A DNA stretch of 64,000 nucleotides from Gemmatimonadota bacterium (GTDB taxonomy: Bacteria > Gemmatimonadota > Gemmatimonadetes > Palauibacterales > Palauibacteraceae), in NCBI GenBank assembly GCA_965116475.1, contig OZ220691.1, positions 2,240,001 through 2,304,000 on the forward strand, written 5' to 3'. How positions within the stretch are numbered: position 1 is the stretch's first letter; each line of letters starts with the position of its first letter. The notes under the pieces were generated by a model. The model made no database searches. It had not been told where the DNA came from and saw nothing but the letters and a program-made list of their open reading frames with translations. The translations under genes and the position numbers were made by a program. Shown piece after piece: positions 1 to 10,105 of this stretch.

Positions 1-524
1 AAGGCCGCGGCCCGCTCCTCGGGCGTGGTCGAGGCCGCCTCGCCCGGCAGGAGCCAGGCGAAGACGGCCACCGAGAGGGTCGCGACGAGCGCCGCCAGGA
101 GGCCCCGGCCCCCGTCCAGGAGGCCGTAGGCGCGGCCCTGGGCCGACTGTCCGCCCCACTCCCGCGCCGCCCGGATCATCGCGGCCCAGAAGAGGAGGAC
201 CGTCGTCATCCCCCAGAACGCCCACAGCAGGTTCATCGTCCGGGGCGGAGGAAAGTCGGCGAGCACGATCCCGCCGAGGCCGGTCGTGAGCAGCGCGAGC
301 GCCATGAGCCCCCGGGCCGAGAACCGATCCGCGAGCGGGCCGCCGGCGAAGTAGGCCGCCATCGCCACGATTCCGTACAGCGAGAAGGCGGTCCCCAGTT
401 CGAGGTTGGTGATGCCGAACGCGTCGAGCAGCGTCGGGCGGAAGACGCGCGCGAGGACGAAGGGGAGCAGGAAGACCCCCTCGCCCGCCGCGATGAGCGC
501 GACGAGGACGAGCCCTCGCCTCAC
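1..524 (-). CDS. MFS transporter (3' end runs off the window)
   Basis: Manual minus-strand translation from GTG at 524: VRRGLVLVALIAAGEGVFLLPFVLARVFRPTLLDAFGITNLELGTAFSLYGIVAMAAYFAGGPLADRFSAR, with MFS motif A-like GPLADRF. Confidence 0.8.
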   Translation of the reverse strand, partial: MRRGLVLVALIAAGEGVFLLPFVLARVFRPTLLDAFGITNLELGTAFSLYGIVAMAAYFAGGPLADRFSARGLMALALLTTGLGGIVLADFPPPRTMNLLWAFWGMTTVLLFWAAMIRAAREWGGQSAQGRAYGLLDGGRGLLAALVATLSVAVFAWLLPGEAASTTPEERAAA

Positions 525-546
525 CGGAGGCCCCTGCGGTTGCGGT

Positions 547-606
547 TCAGCGGTCGGGCTGGCGGCTCAGCGGTCGGGCCGGCGCCTCAGCGGTCGGGCT
601 GGCGCC
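547..606. repeat. 20-bp tandem repeat x3 (TCAGCGGTCGGGCYGGCGSC) containing the cyanophycinase stop codon
   Basis: Units at 547-566, 567-586 and 587-606. Confidence 0.9.
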
Positions 607-1507
607 GGGGCCACGGGCGCCCTTCGACGCGGCCGAGCGGTTGAAGCCCGCGGGCCGGACGGTAGGCCTGACGCTCCGCCAGGTCGTACTGGTCGCCCGG
701 GGCGAGGAAGTAGAACAGGCCGCCGCTGTCGAGCGTGCTCTGGTTGTCGTAGATGACGACGTACGACTCTCCGATGACCTCGAAGCGGTCGCCCTGCACG
801 ACGATCGCGGTGTTCTCGTCGATCCCGATGCCGAGGAGTTCGGGCCGGGCTTCGATGATCTCCAGCAGGTCGAAGTGCCGGTTTCTGTACAGGAGGTGCT
901 GGTCGACCGCGGTGTTGCGGAGGAAGCCGAACCCTTCTTCGTGGCTCCCCATCATGATCGTGTTCGTCGCCGTGTCGCCGCGGGCCAGGTACGACCCCTG
1001 GATCGTCGCGCCGGCGGACGAGCCGCCGATCACCCCGCCGCGCTCGAGGAGCGCCCACAACTCCTCCTCCGTGCGCGTCCCCGCGTAGGAATCGACCAGG
1101 CGCCACTGCCGGCCGCCCGTAAACCAGACGCCGGTCGCCTCCCGGATCGCGGCCACGAACGCTTCGCTGTTCGCCTCGTCCCGGTCGTTCGTGTGGCGGA
1201 CCGTCAGGTGCTCGACGCCCGCAGCCTGGAAGGGCCTCACGCCGCCGAACGACGGCCCGTAGGACTCGGCCCCGCCCGCCGTGGGGATGACGACGATGCG
1301 CGCGTCCGTCCCGCCAGCCAGTTGCACGAAGCGCTCCGCGATCTCCGGGCTCCGCATCGCGCCGCCCACCACTACGAGCGACCCGTTCGGCGGGCCGACT
1401 TCCTGACCTTCGACCCCGGCGGGAGTCACCAGCGCGGCCCCGAACGCCGTCACCGCCACGGTCAGGATTGCACACGCCCCGCCCCAGGCTCGCCGCTCTG
1501 TTCGCAT
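587..1507 (-). CDS. Secreted cyanophycinase / peptidase S51
   Basis: IPTA, GVWFTGGRQWRL, nucleophile GGSSAGA, DQH and GIGIDENTA motifs; signal peptide after ATG at 1507. Confidence 0.85.
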   Translation of the reverse strand: MRTERRAWGGACAILTVAVTAFGAALVTPAGVEGQEVGPPNGSLVVVGGAMRSPEIAERFVQLAGGTDARIVVIPTAGGAESYGPSFGGVRPFQAAGVEHLTVRHTNDRDEANSEAFVAAIREATGVWFTGGRQWRLVDSYAGTRTEEELWALLERGGVIGGSSAGATIQGSYLARGDTATNTIMMGSHEEGFGFLRNTAVDQHLLYRNRHFDLLEIIEARPELLGIGIDENTAIVVQGDRFEVIGESYVVIYDNQSTLDSGGLFYFLAPGDQYDLAERQAYRPARGLQPLGRVEGRPWPRRQPDR

Positions 1508-1614
1508 CGTTCGACCCTCTCGATTCGGTTGCGCCTCCGGTCTTCCGGCGGACGATCTCACGGTACGGGGATGGCGGAGGCCCGGCGACCCCGGCGGTTC
1601 GCGGCTCCCGGGCC

Positions 1615-1685
1615 GCCGCTCGCCGCCCGTCGCTCGCCGCCCCTTGTCGCTCGCCGCCCGTCGCTCGCCGCTTGTCGCTCGCCGC
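1615..1685. repeat. Intergenic tandem repeat, about 5 copies of GTCGCTCGCCGC with 2-4 nt spacers
   Basis: Read directly from the sequence. Confidence 0.85.
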
Positions 1686-1738
1686 GGGCCGCGTCACGTT
1701 GCGGGGCCAACGATCCCGGCGACCCGGAGACGCAGCCC

Positions 1739-2272
1739 ATGTCCACACCGCCCATGTCCACGCCGCCCCGTGGCAGCCCCTGGCAAAAGCTCGTTCTCCC
1801 CGGCTCCGCTCTCTGTCTGGCGGCGCTGGCCGGGAGTCTCGTCGGCTCCGCGCCGCCCGACGCGGAGCGGCCGCCGTCGCCGCAAGCCGACGCTCTCGCG
1901 GGCGCCTGGGCCGCGCACGAATACGTCCTGGCGAGCGGCGCGCGGCATCCCGTGCGCGGGCGCATCATCTTCACGGACGGCGAGTGGCAGGTCCTCTTCT
2001 TCGTCATGGACGGCGACGAGCCGCGGCGCGGCTCCGGGGAGGGCGGCCGCTACACCTTCGACGGAGAGACGCTCACCTTCGAGCACCTCCATCACCTCTC
2101 CTACGGACGCACGATGGCGGGGCTCCCGGCGAGCCCGCTGGCGATGACGGCCCGGGACGGGGAGGGGCCGTTCGAACCGACCGGAGTCGAGATCGACGGC
2201 GACGCGCTGACGCTGCGTTTCCCGAGCGGAAACGCGATGTTCTTCACCCGCAGTTCTGCCTGCTGCCCATGA
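1739..2272 (+). CDS. Secreted hypothetical protein, lipocalin-like beta-barrel
   Basis: Signal peptide, LAGAW motif, G-x-Y-T-F-D-G-E-T-L; ATGA overlap with next gene. Confidence 0.6.
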   Translation: MSTPPMSTPPRGSPWQKLVLPGSALCLAALAGSLVGSAPPDAERPPSPQADALAGAWAAHEYVLASGARHPVRGRIIFTDGEWQVLFFVMDGDEPRRGSGEGGRYTFDGETLTFEHLHHLSYGRTMAGLPASPLAMTARDGEGPFEPTGVEIDGDALTLRFPSGNAMFFTRSSACCP

Positions 2273-3597
2273 CGGGTGCAGGCGCGGGTACGGGCACGGG
2301 TACGGGCGCCGGCGCGGGTGCGGGCGCGGGAGATGATCGCTACGGCCTGATGGGCCGGAGGGAGTGGCTCCGCCTCGGGGCGGCCGGCGCCGCCGCCCTC
2401 GGCCTCCCCGCCTGCGCCGCGTGGGAGGGAGACGCGCCGTCGGCCGAACTCCCGCCGCTCCGGACCCCGGCCGGCACGGGCGACGCGGACTGGGCCGATG
2501 TGCGCGCGCACTTCCTCGTCGAACCCGGCACGGCCTACCTGAACAACGCGAGCATCGGCATGCCGCCGCGGCAGGTCGTGGACGCGGTCGCCGCGGGGTA
2601 CCGGGCCATGGCCGAACTTCCCGTCCGCGGCCGTTCGGATCTGAGCGCACGGATTGCGGAACACGTCGTGCCCGGACTCGCCGGCCTGTTCTCGGTGCGG
2701 CCGGACGAACTCACGCTCACGCGCAACGCGTCGGAGGCGCTCCACCTGCAGAGCATCGGCGTCGCGCTGAGCCCCGGGGACGAAGTCCTGATCACGACCC
2801 AGGAACATCCGGCGGGCCGTCGTCCATGGGAGTTCCGGCAGGTGCGGGAGGGGGTTCGGGTGAACGAGGTCTTCATCCCCAGTCCCCTGCCCCCGGAGGA
2901 GGAGGTCCTCTCCCGCTTCGAGGACGCCATCACGCCGCGGACGCGGGCCGTCTCCTTCTGCCACGTGACCCGGGGCGGGCACCTCTATCCCGTGGGAGCG
3001 ATCTGCGGGCTCGCGCGCGAGCGTGGACTCGTGAGCCTGGTGGACGGCGCGCAGGCGGTGGGCCAGCTCCCCATCGACCTGGCCGCCCTGGGCTGCGACG
3101 CGTACAGCGTGAGCCTGCACAAGTGGATGCTGGCGCCCGCGGGGACCGGCTTCCTCTTCGTGCGGCGCGATGCGCGCGACCGCATTCGCACGGCCTTCGC
3201 GCCCGATGCGACCCCGGAGCAGCCGCAGTTCGACCCGCCGGGCACCGCGGCGTTCCCCGTGCGCGCCGCGGTCGGCACGGCGGTCGATTTCGTCGGCGCG
3301 GTCGGACTCGAGGCGGTGGAGGCCCGCTGCCGTCACCTGTCGGATCACCTCAAGTCGCGCCTCGCGGAGACGGACGGCGTCGCGCTCCTCAGCGGCGCCC
3401 GCGACCGGAGCGCGCCCGGGTCGACGATCTTCGAGAAGGAGGGTCTCGACGCGGTCGCCGCCGTGGGCGCCTTCGAGGCGAGCATTTCGACCCACATCGA
3501 CGAACACCAGCGGGACGGCCACAACGCGATCCGTGTGTCGACCCACATCTACAACACGACGGAGCAGGTGGACCGCTTCGTCGACGCCCTGGCGTAG
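2269..3597 (+). CDS. Tat-exported class V PLP aminotransferase (cysteine desulfurase / isopenicillin N epimerase-like)
   Basis: GRREWL twin-Arg, YLNNASIG, VDGAQAVG, SLHKW (PLP Lys), RVSTHIYNT. Confidence 0.8.
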   Translation: MTGAGAGTGTGTGAGAGAGAGDDRYGLMGRREWLRLGAAGAAALGLPACAAWEGDAPSAELPPLRTPAGTGDADWADVRAHFLVEPGTAYLNNASIGMPPRQVVDAVAAGYRAMAELPVRGRSDLSARIAEHVVPGLAGLFSVRPDELTLTRNASEALHLQSIGVALSPGDEVLITTQEHPAGRRPWEFRQVREGVRVNEVFIPSPLPPEEEVLSRFEDAITPRTRAVSFCHVTRGGHLYPVGAICGLARERGLVSLVDGAQAVGQLPIDLAALGCDAYSVSLHKWMLAPAGTGFLFVRRDARDRIRTAFAPDATPEQPQFDPPGTAAFPVRAAVGTAVDFVGAVGLEAVEARCRHLSDHLKSRLAETDGVALLSGARDRSAPGSTIFEKEGLDAVAAVGAFEASISTHIDEHQRDGHNAIRVSTHIYNTTEQVDRFVDALA

Positions 3598-3602
3598 CGG
3601 AC

Positions 3603-3647
3603 ACGACACTGGCCCGCACGACACTGGCCCGCACGACACTGGCCCGC
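3603..3647. repeat. 15-bp perfect tandem repeat x3 (ACGACACTGGCCCGC)
   Basis: Units at 3603, 3618 and 3633. Confidence 0.9.
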
Positions 3648-3671
3648 GCGACGGGCCGATCGGAGGCACGA

Positions 3672-4124
3672 ATGACCGGTTCCGGACGCACCCCGCAGAC
3701 CCTCGCGCTCGCCGCCCTCGGTGCCATGCTCCTCGTCGGTGTCGCCGCCGCGGGGCCGATTGCCGCGCCCGCGCAGGACGGCGCGATCTACGAGGTCCGC
3801 AACTATCACTTCGACCCGGCGCGGTTCGAGGAGTACGCGGAGGTCGCGAAGGGCGAATACATCCGCTACCTGCGCGAGCACCTGGACCTCGTCGGCTTCT
3901 GGATCGAATCGGGGGTCCCCGCGGAGATCCGGGGCGCGGAGCAGGACGAACTCGGGCCGGCGAACGTCACGTGGGTCATCCGCTGGGCGTCGAAGGAGGA
4001 ACGGGACGAAAAGCTCCCGGCGGTCCTCGGCACGCCGGAATGGCGTGAGATCTTCGCCGAAGTCCCCGGGGGTGGGGCGAGCTACCTCAGGATCGAGTCG
4101 CGCTTCATGTCGTCGCTCGACTGA
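3672..4124 (+). CDS. Secreted NIPSNAP-family protein
   Basis: GGAGG RBS, signal peptide, IYEVRNY...LVGFW...WVIRW pattern. Confidence 0.7.
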   Translation: MTGSGRTPQTLALAALGAMLLVGVAAAGPIAAPAQDGAIYEVRNYHFDPARFEEYAEVAKGEYIRYLREHLDLVGFWIESGVPAEIRGAEQDELGPANVTWVIRWASKEERDEKLPAVLGTPEWREIFAEVPGGGASYLRIESRFMSSLD

Positions 4125-4144
4125 CGGTGGAGACCGTCTCGTGA

Positions 4145-6628
4145 TCACGGCACGAGGGCGGGCTCCCGCTTCCTGAGCACGAACAGGCCCTCGCGCATGC
4201 TCGACACGATGATGTTCCCCGACGGGAAGAACGGGTAGTTGCTCCAGGATCCCGCGAAGCCCGGCGCGTCCGGGCTCCCCGGCACCGTGTCGAAGAAGCC
4301 GGCCGGCACGGGGTTCTCGGGGTCGGAGATGTCGAAGATCCGGAGTCCGCTCACGTAGTTCGACTGGTACATGAAGTTGTCGCGGATGTAGAGGTTGTGG
4401 TCCGACGCCGCGTTGTCCTGCACGAACTCCCGCACGAGCACCGGGTCGTCCAGGTCCGCCACGTCCCACACCAGCGTCCGCGTCCCGGCCGTCCCGCCCG
4501 ACAGCTCATCGAGTTCGTCGTTCAGGTAGAAGTAGCGCTGGTCCTCCGACAGCCATCCCTGGTGGGAGTAGGCCACGTTCGGATAGGCGGCGTTCGAGAT
4601 GGGCGTCGGGTTGTCCTTGTCGGTCACATCTCCGATGCCGAGCTTCGTCGCGCTCGCGTTGAAGCACACCTCCTTGCCGACGTGGTCCTCGTCGGGACCC
4701 TCGTAGATCACGCACTGCGCGTCGTGGGTGTAGCCGCCCGATCCGGCGTTTCCCGTCTCCGGGTCCGCGAAACAGCCGGCGAAGGTCGGGTTCCGCGGGT
4801 CGCGGATGTCCACCATGTGCAGCGCGCCGCCGCAGGTCTCGCCGCCGCCGCTGCCGCCCACCACGTAGGCGAAGCCCGACGCTTCGTTGATGACGATGTT
4901 GTGCGCGGAGGCGAACTCGGCGTAGTGCGCGTCCTCGTTGAAATCCACCGGGGGATTGGTCACATCCCGCAGCCGGGTGAGGTCGAAGACCTGCATCCCG
5001 TGTTCGCCCGCGTTGTCCGCCACGATGAACGTGTGGTCGGCGTAGACCTTCATGTCGCGCCACAGGTTGGGCGTCGCGCCCTCGGTGAGGGGGAGGTTCC
5101 CGAGATAGACGGGATTCCCGGCGTCCGTCACGTCGATGAAGGAGGTCCCGTCGAACCGCCCCAGGATCGCGTACTCGCGGCCCGTCTGCGGATCCACCCA
5201 GCCCCAGATGTCGCTGACCATGATGCCGCGCCCGCCCCCGACGTCGCGGGCCGGCAGGAAGGAGACGAGGTCCACCTCGGAGCAGTCGAAGCCGGCGACG
5301 GTACCGGCTTCCGAGCCGGCTTCCGAGCACCGCATCTCTTCGCCCCGGACGGCGGCCAGGCCGAACTCGGTCTCGTGGATGGGCGCGGCCTCGCTCCACG
5401 TGCCGCCGGCGTCGCGCTCGAACACGAAGCCGATGCCCTCGAAGAACTCCGACCCCGGCGCTCCGACCACGGCCAAGCCGTCGCCTCCCGCGACCGAGTT
5501 GCCCATGAAGCCCATGAGCCCGCGGGTTTCGCCCTGCAGCAACGTCTCCTCGCTCCACTCGCCGTCGTCCCCCGCTTGAAGGACGTGGGCCGCGCCCGCG
5601 AAGGCGTTCGTGCCCGGCGCCCCGACCAGGAGTCGCCCGCCCGCCCCGGCGAGGGCATAGCCGAAGAAGGCCGCCGGTGACGGCGACGCGGCCGCGATCG
5701 ACCCGGCCTGGGACCACACCCCGTCGTCGTCCGCCGCGAAGCGGAAGACCGCGCCCTGCGCCTGGTTGGCGAGCGGCGAGCCGAGGTAGGCCTCTCCGTC
5801 CATGAGCACCGCCGACAGGCCGGCCACCATGCCGCCGGCCGGGGTCAGGCGCCCGACCTCATCCCAGTCGGTCCCGCTGCGGCGGAACAGGTAACCGGTC
5901 CCCGCCTGCGGTGGCGCGGGCGGCGTGAACTGGCTGAGCGCGAACGGCCCGGGTGCGCCCACGAGGGCAAGGTCGCCCTCGATACTGACGGCCGCTCCGA
6001 ATCGGGCATCGGCGGCGGCGCCGGACCCGGTGAGTTCGACCGACGCCAGGCCCATGTCGGACTGGACGTAGGCGAACACCGAACCGCTGGCGCCGCGTCC
6101 CGGCGCGCCGATGACGCCGAACTGCCCCCCGGCGCCCACGGCGATCGAGGAACCGAAGGCGTCCCCCGGCATCGCGTCCGGGGCCTCGAGCCGCTCCCAG
6201 AAGCTCCACATCCGGCCCTCGCGGACGAAAATGTACGCGGCTCCCCGGCTCTCGTTCTCCTTCGGCGCGCCGACCACGAGGATGTCGCCCTCGACGGCCA
6301 GCGCCTCTCCGAACCCGTCTCCGTACACCCCGCTCGGCGCCGGGATCGCCGCGAGCTCCACCCAGCCGTCCGCGCTCGGCCCGAATACGTGCACGCTGCC
6401 GGGTTCCGAGCCCGGCATCGGAAACGCCGCGAACTCGCCCGGCCGCGAGACGAAGATCTCGTCGCCGGACACCGCGGCCGCCGTCCCGAAGCCGATCATC
6501 GGGGCCCCGGCGGCATGGTTCAGGCCGCCCGCATGAGTCTGCGCCGCCGCCGGCCCCGGCACCGCTGCCGACAGCGCCGCCGCGAACGGAAGGAGGGAAA
6601 CGAAAAGCGCGAGATTGCGTGGTCGCAT
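4145..6628 (-). CDS. Choice-of-anchor B family protein with N-terminal FG-GAP repeats
   Basis: FG...VGAP repeats; SDIWGW, WRDMKVY, YTHDAQC, YSHQGW, DELDE, HNLY and WSNYPFFPSG motifs. Confidence 0.85.
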   Translation of the reverse strand: MRPRNLALFVSLLPFAAALSAAVPGPAAAQTHAGGLNHAAGAPMIGFGTAAAVSGDEIFVSRPGEFAAFPMPGSEPGSVHVFGPSADGWVELAAIPAPSGVYGDGFGEALAVEGDILVVGAPKENESRGAAYIFVREGRMWSFWERLEAPDAMPGDAFGSSIAVGAGGQFGVIGAPGRGASGSVFAYVQSDMGLASVELTGSGAAADARFGAAVSIEGDLALVGAPGPFALSQFTPPAPPQAGTGYLFRRSGTDWDEVGRLTPAGGMVAGLSAVLMDGEAYLGSPLANQAQGAVFRFAADDDGVWSQAGSIAAASPSPAAFFGYALAGAGGRLLVGAPGTNAFAGAAHVLQAGDDGEWSEETLLQGETRGLMGFMGNSVAGGDGLAVVGAPGSEFFEGIGFVFERDAGGTWSEAAPIHETEFGLAAVRGEEMRCSEAGSEAGTVAGFDCSEVDLVSFLPARDVGGGRGIMVSDIWGWVDPQTGREYAILGRFDGTSFIDVTDAGNPVYLGNLPLTEGATPNLWRDMKVYADHTFIVADNAGEHGMQVFDLTRLRDVTNPPVDFNEDAHYAEFASAHNIVINEASGFAYVVGGSGGGETCGGALHMVDIRDPRNPTFAGCFADPETGNAGSGGYTHDAQCVIYEGPDEDHVGKEVCFNASATKLGIGDVTDKDNPTPISNAAYPNVAYSHQGWLSEDQRYFYLNDELDELSGGTAGTRTLVWDVADLDDPVLVREFVQDNAASDHNLYIRDNFMYQSNYVSGLRIFDISDPENPVPAGFFDTVPGSPDAPGFAGSWSNYPFFPSGNIIVSSMREGLFVLRKREPALVP

Positions 6629-6687
6629 GGTACGGACTCCCGGAATTTCAGAGGGTCGAGCGGCGGAACGTATCCCCATCGCCCAGC

Positions 6688-9600
6688 CTAGCGGAAGCGG
6701 ATGCCGATGCCGAACTGCGCCTGCCACTGCGAGGCGCCGATCTGCGGCAGGTAGGGCACCGCGGCGCGGACGCCGCCCGTGTCTCCGAACTGGAGGGGGC
6801 CCGCGTAGCGCGCCCGGAGCGGGTCGTCCGGTTCGGGCGTCATGTTGGCCAGATCGAAGTCGTCTTCGATGCGGTCTTCGACGCTGAGCAGCTTTACGAT
6901 CGGGTTCACGGTCTGGACATGCCCCCACGCGCTGTCGACCAGGTTCAGGACGTTGAGTACGTCGAGCGTCAGCGCCACTTCCGCCCCGCCCAGCCGGAAG
7001 GGCTGGCTGAACCGGAGGTCAAGTTCATTCGACCACGGCGTCCGGCACGCGTTCCGGTTCAGGATCCGCCGCCGGTTCTCCAGGAGGCAGGGTTCCTGCA
7101 GCATGAGCTGCTCGAACAGGATTCCGCTGATCGGGGCCTGCCCTCCTCCGGGGAAGTCGAATCCGCCCGCCGTCACGTAGATCAGATCGTTGGCGAGGTC
7201 GAGAGCCCGACCGAATCCGGGATACGTGTCGCCGTTGATGTCGTCGGCGTAGACGTAGGAGTACGGCCTGCCGGACTGCCCTACGTACAGCAGCGACAGC
7301 CTCCCGCCTCCCAGCAGCCGGGGCAGGGTGGTCGTCGCGCTCGCCACGAGCCGATGTGGCCGGTCGAAGAGCGAAGCCTGGCGCAGCGGGTCGTTCGGAT
7401 CGCCCGAGACCGCCGTGAATCCGTAGTTCGCGATCGCATCGAGCGAAGCGAGGCTCTGCACATCCGAAGAGCGGTTGTACGCGTATCCGACATCCACCGA
7501 CAGTCGGTCCCCGAACTGCTTGCGCAGCCGGGCGCTCACCGCGTATGAGAAGTTCCGCGCCCGGTCGCCGATCCTGATGACCTGCGCGAACGCCTCGTCC
7601 ACCCGCCGCGGAATGAAAATCGGCTCCCGGGCGTCCGGCGGCTCTCCAGGGGGCGGGTCGACGAACTCGCTGCCCTCCCCCGGGTCGCCGAACACCAGGC
7701 GGGTCCCGTACCCGAATCCGTACGTGAATCCGTTCTCCTCCGTACGTTCACTATCGGGGATGGCGGGTCCGATATTCAGATCCTCGAACGCGATCTGGTT
7801 CACGGCGCGCGTGTAGATCCCCTCGAGCGACAACACGAATCCCGCCGGCAGGCGCTGGTCGATCCCGAACGAGGCCTTGAAGTCGCGGGGGAACCGGAAG
7901 TCGGGGTCGAAGGCCGTCACGGTGGGAACGCCGAAGTCGCCCCCCGATCCATCGGCGCACGCCGTCGGGGACGGGGCCTGCGGGTCGAAGATCGGAACGA
8001 TCTCCGGATCGGGAACCCCGAGGTTCCGCCGCCGGCACGTCAGGAAGACGGAGGAGAGGCCCGTGTTCTGGTACGCGTTCGCCAGCCACGCGAACGGCGG
8101 CCGGCCGGTGAACAGGCCCGCCCCGCCCCGGATCTGCGTGCCTCGGTCCGCGCCGAGACCCAGGTTGAAACCGGCCCGCGGCGAGAACATGACGGTCCCG
8201 CTCGGCAACTCGCTCGTATCGAGGCCGAACGAACTCTCCACCGCCGGATTGTGGGCCGGCGCGTCCGGCATCAGAGGCACGTCCATGCGCACGCCCAGCC
8301 GCACGTTCAACCGGTCGCCGATCCGCGCCTCCTCCTGGACGAAGGCGGAGAACTGGTTCACCGAAAACCGCGCGGCGCCCGCGTCCTCCGCGAGAGGGAC
8401 GTGGATCACATACTCGCTCGGCGTGTTCGCCTCCAGGTCTTCGGCCGAGTTGAAGTAGTAGCTGCCGAGGCTTCCGGGCAGATACTCGCGACGGATCGAA
8501 AACCGTTCGAACCCGCCGCCCACGGTGACGTGGTGGTTCCCGAGAACCAGCGTCAGCGCGTTCGAGATCTGAAGGATGTTCTGATCGAGTTCGCCGTCCG
8601 GGCCCGAATAGTTCGAACCCGCCCGCACTTCCCTCCGGAACCCGGCCCCGGGGACGCCCCCCTGGAGTCGGACCTGGACGCGCGGGAAGAGCGCGTTCGC
8701 CGTCTCCTGGTCGCGCAGGAATTGCACGTTCACCATGAGGTCGTTCGACAGTGTGGGGCTCGGCGTGGACAGCCATTGCGCGCCGATCGACTGGTTGCGC
8801 GACTCGATTCGAGTGCCGGTGGACGACATCTCGTACACGTCGCCCGGCAGGCGGTTGGTCGGGGGATCGTCCGCCGCGTAGGCGAAGTTGTAGCGCAGCA
8901 TGAGGGAGTTGTTGGCGTCGGGACGCGCGTCGAAGCGTGCGAACACGTTCGCCAGGTTGTTCTCCAGCGTGTACAGGCCCGCTTCACCGGCATCCGCGCC
9001 GTAGCCCCTGAGAAGCTTCGAGATGCGCCCTATGGAATCCGGGTCGAGTTTCGTCCGGACGATGTCGTCGACGCCCACCGTGAACCCATCGGGCGGCCGC
9101 TCGCGGCCCTCGAACTCCCCGGCGACAAAGAAGTGCAGCCGGTCGCGCACGATGGGACCGCCGACATCGAAGCCCGCGAACACGTTGTCCAGCTCACCCG
9201 GCTCCCGCAGGTGGCCGCCGATCAGCGCCTCGCCGACCAGCGCGTCGTTGCGGAAGAAACCGAACGCCGATCCGCCGAACTCGTTGGACCCCGTCCGGGT
9301 CACGGCGTTGAGGACGCCGCCGGTAAACCCGGACTGGCGGACGTCGTACGGCGCCGTGAGCACCTGGAGCTCCTCGATCGCCGCGAGCGGAATCACGCGC
9401 CCGCTCGCCTGTCCCCCGGCCACGCCGGTCGGTGACAGGCCGAACACGTCCTGGTTGAGGGCGCCGTCGACCTGGATGTTGTTGAAGCGGATGTTGGACC
9501 CCGCCACCGACGTGCCCATCTCGTCGATCGCCACCAGCGGCGACAGTCGGGCGAAGCCCGTGAAATCCCGGGATATCGTGGGCAGGGCCTCGATCACCTC

Positions 9601-10038
9601 CCGGTTGACGACCCTCGTCGAGCCCATGCGGGTGGGGTCGAACTCCGGGTCCGTCTCGACCCGGACGGAGAGTTCGGGCAGGGGCACCGCCGTCTCGGAG
9701 AGTTGAACCTCGATCCGCAGCCGCTGCCCGGCGATGAGCGTCAGACCCTCCCGCGTCACCGGGCTGAGCCCGATGCGCGCGACCTCCAGCGTGTACGGCC
9801 CGCCGGGCCGGAGATTGGCGAGGCTGAAACGGCCGAGATCGTCGCTTAGGACGGTGTGGGTGGCGCCGGTCCGGGTATGGCGGAACTCGATCCGCGCCCC
9901 GGCCACCGGCGCCCCGTCGGCGTCGATCACGCGCCCCGCCACGCCGGCGGTCGTGACCCCCTGCGCGGAGACGACGGATGGCTGGGCCGCGAGGCCCGCG
10001 AGAAGGCCGATCAACGCAACGCCGACGAGGCGACTCAA
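6688..10038 (-). CDS. TonB-dependent receptor (Oar-like, carboxypeptidase-regulatory N-domain)
   Basis: TTG start with AGGAGA RBS; LRPGGPYTL, PYDVRQSGFTGG, FSPRAGFN; C-terminal QFGIGIRFR. Confidence 0.88.
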   Translation of the reverse strand: MSRLVGVALIGLLAGLAAQPSVVSAQGVTTAGVAGRVIDADGAPVAGARIEFRHTRTGATHTVLSDDLGRFSLANLRPGGPYTLEVARIGLSPVTREGLTLIAGQRLRIEVQLSETAVPLPELSVRVETDPEFDPTRMGSTRVVNREVIEALPTISRDFTGFARLSPLVAIDEMGTSVAGSNIRFNNIQVDGALNQDVFGLSPTGVAGGQASGRVIPLAAIEELQVLTAPYDVRQSGFTGGVLNAVTRTGSNEFGGSAFGFFRNDALVGEALIGGHLREPGELDNVFAGFDVGGPIVRDRLHFFVAGEFEGRERPPDGFTVGVDDIVRTKLDPDSIGRISKLLRGYGADAGEAGLYTLENNLANVFARFDARPDANNSLMLRYNFAYAADDPPTNRLPGDVYEMSSTGTRIESRNQSIGAQWLSTPSPTLSNDLMVNVQFLRDQETANALFPRVQVRLQGGVPGAGFRREVRAGSNYSGPDGELDQNILQISNALTLVLGNHHVTVGGGFERFSIRREYLPGSLGSYYFNSAEDLEANTPSEYVIHVPLAEDAGAARFSVNQFSAFVQEEARIGDRLNVRLGVRMDVPLMPDAPAHNPAVESSFGLDTSELPSGTVMFSPRAGFNLGLGADRGTQIRGGAGLFTGRPPFAWLANAYQNTGLSSVFLTCRRRNLGVPDPEIVPIFDPQAPSPTACADGSGGDFGVPTVTAFDPDFRFPRDFKASFGIDQRLPAGFVLSLEGIYTRAVNQIAFEDLNIGPAIPDSERTEENGFTYGFGYGTRLVFGDPGEGSEFVDPPPGEPPDAREPIFIPRRVDEAFAQVIRIGDRARNFSYAVSARLRKQFGDRLSVDVGYAYNRSSDVQSLASLDAIANYGFTAVSGDPNDPLRQASLFDRPHRLVASATTTLPRLLGGGRLSLLYVGQSGRPYSYVYADDINGDTYPGFGRALDLANDLIYVTAGGFDFPGGGQAPISGILFEQLMLQEPCLLENRRRILNRNACRTPWSNELDLRFSQPFRLGGAEVALTLDVLNVLNLVDSAWGHVQTVNPIVKLLSVEDRIEDDFDLANMTPEPDDPLRARYAGPLQFGDTGGVRAAVPYLPQIGASQWQAQFGIGIRFR

Positions 10039-10105
10039 GACGATTCTCCTTTCCGAAGACTCTAAGAGATAACGCGCGGGGGGCGGATGATGTATTGTCG
10101 GAGCC

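Noticed and set aside
3603..3647. Short repeats as a CRISPR array or REP family
   Set aside because: Head-to-tail with no spacers, and the units differ between loci.
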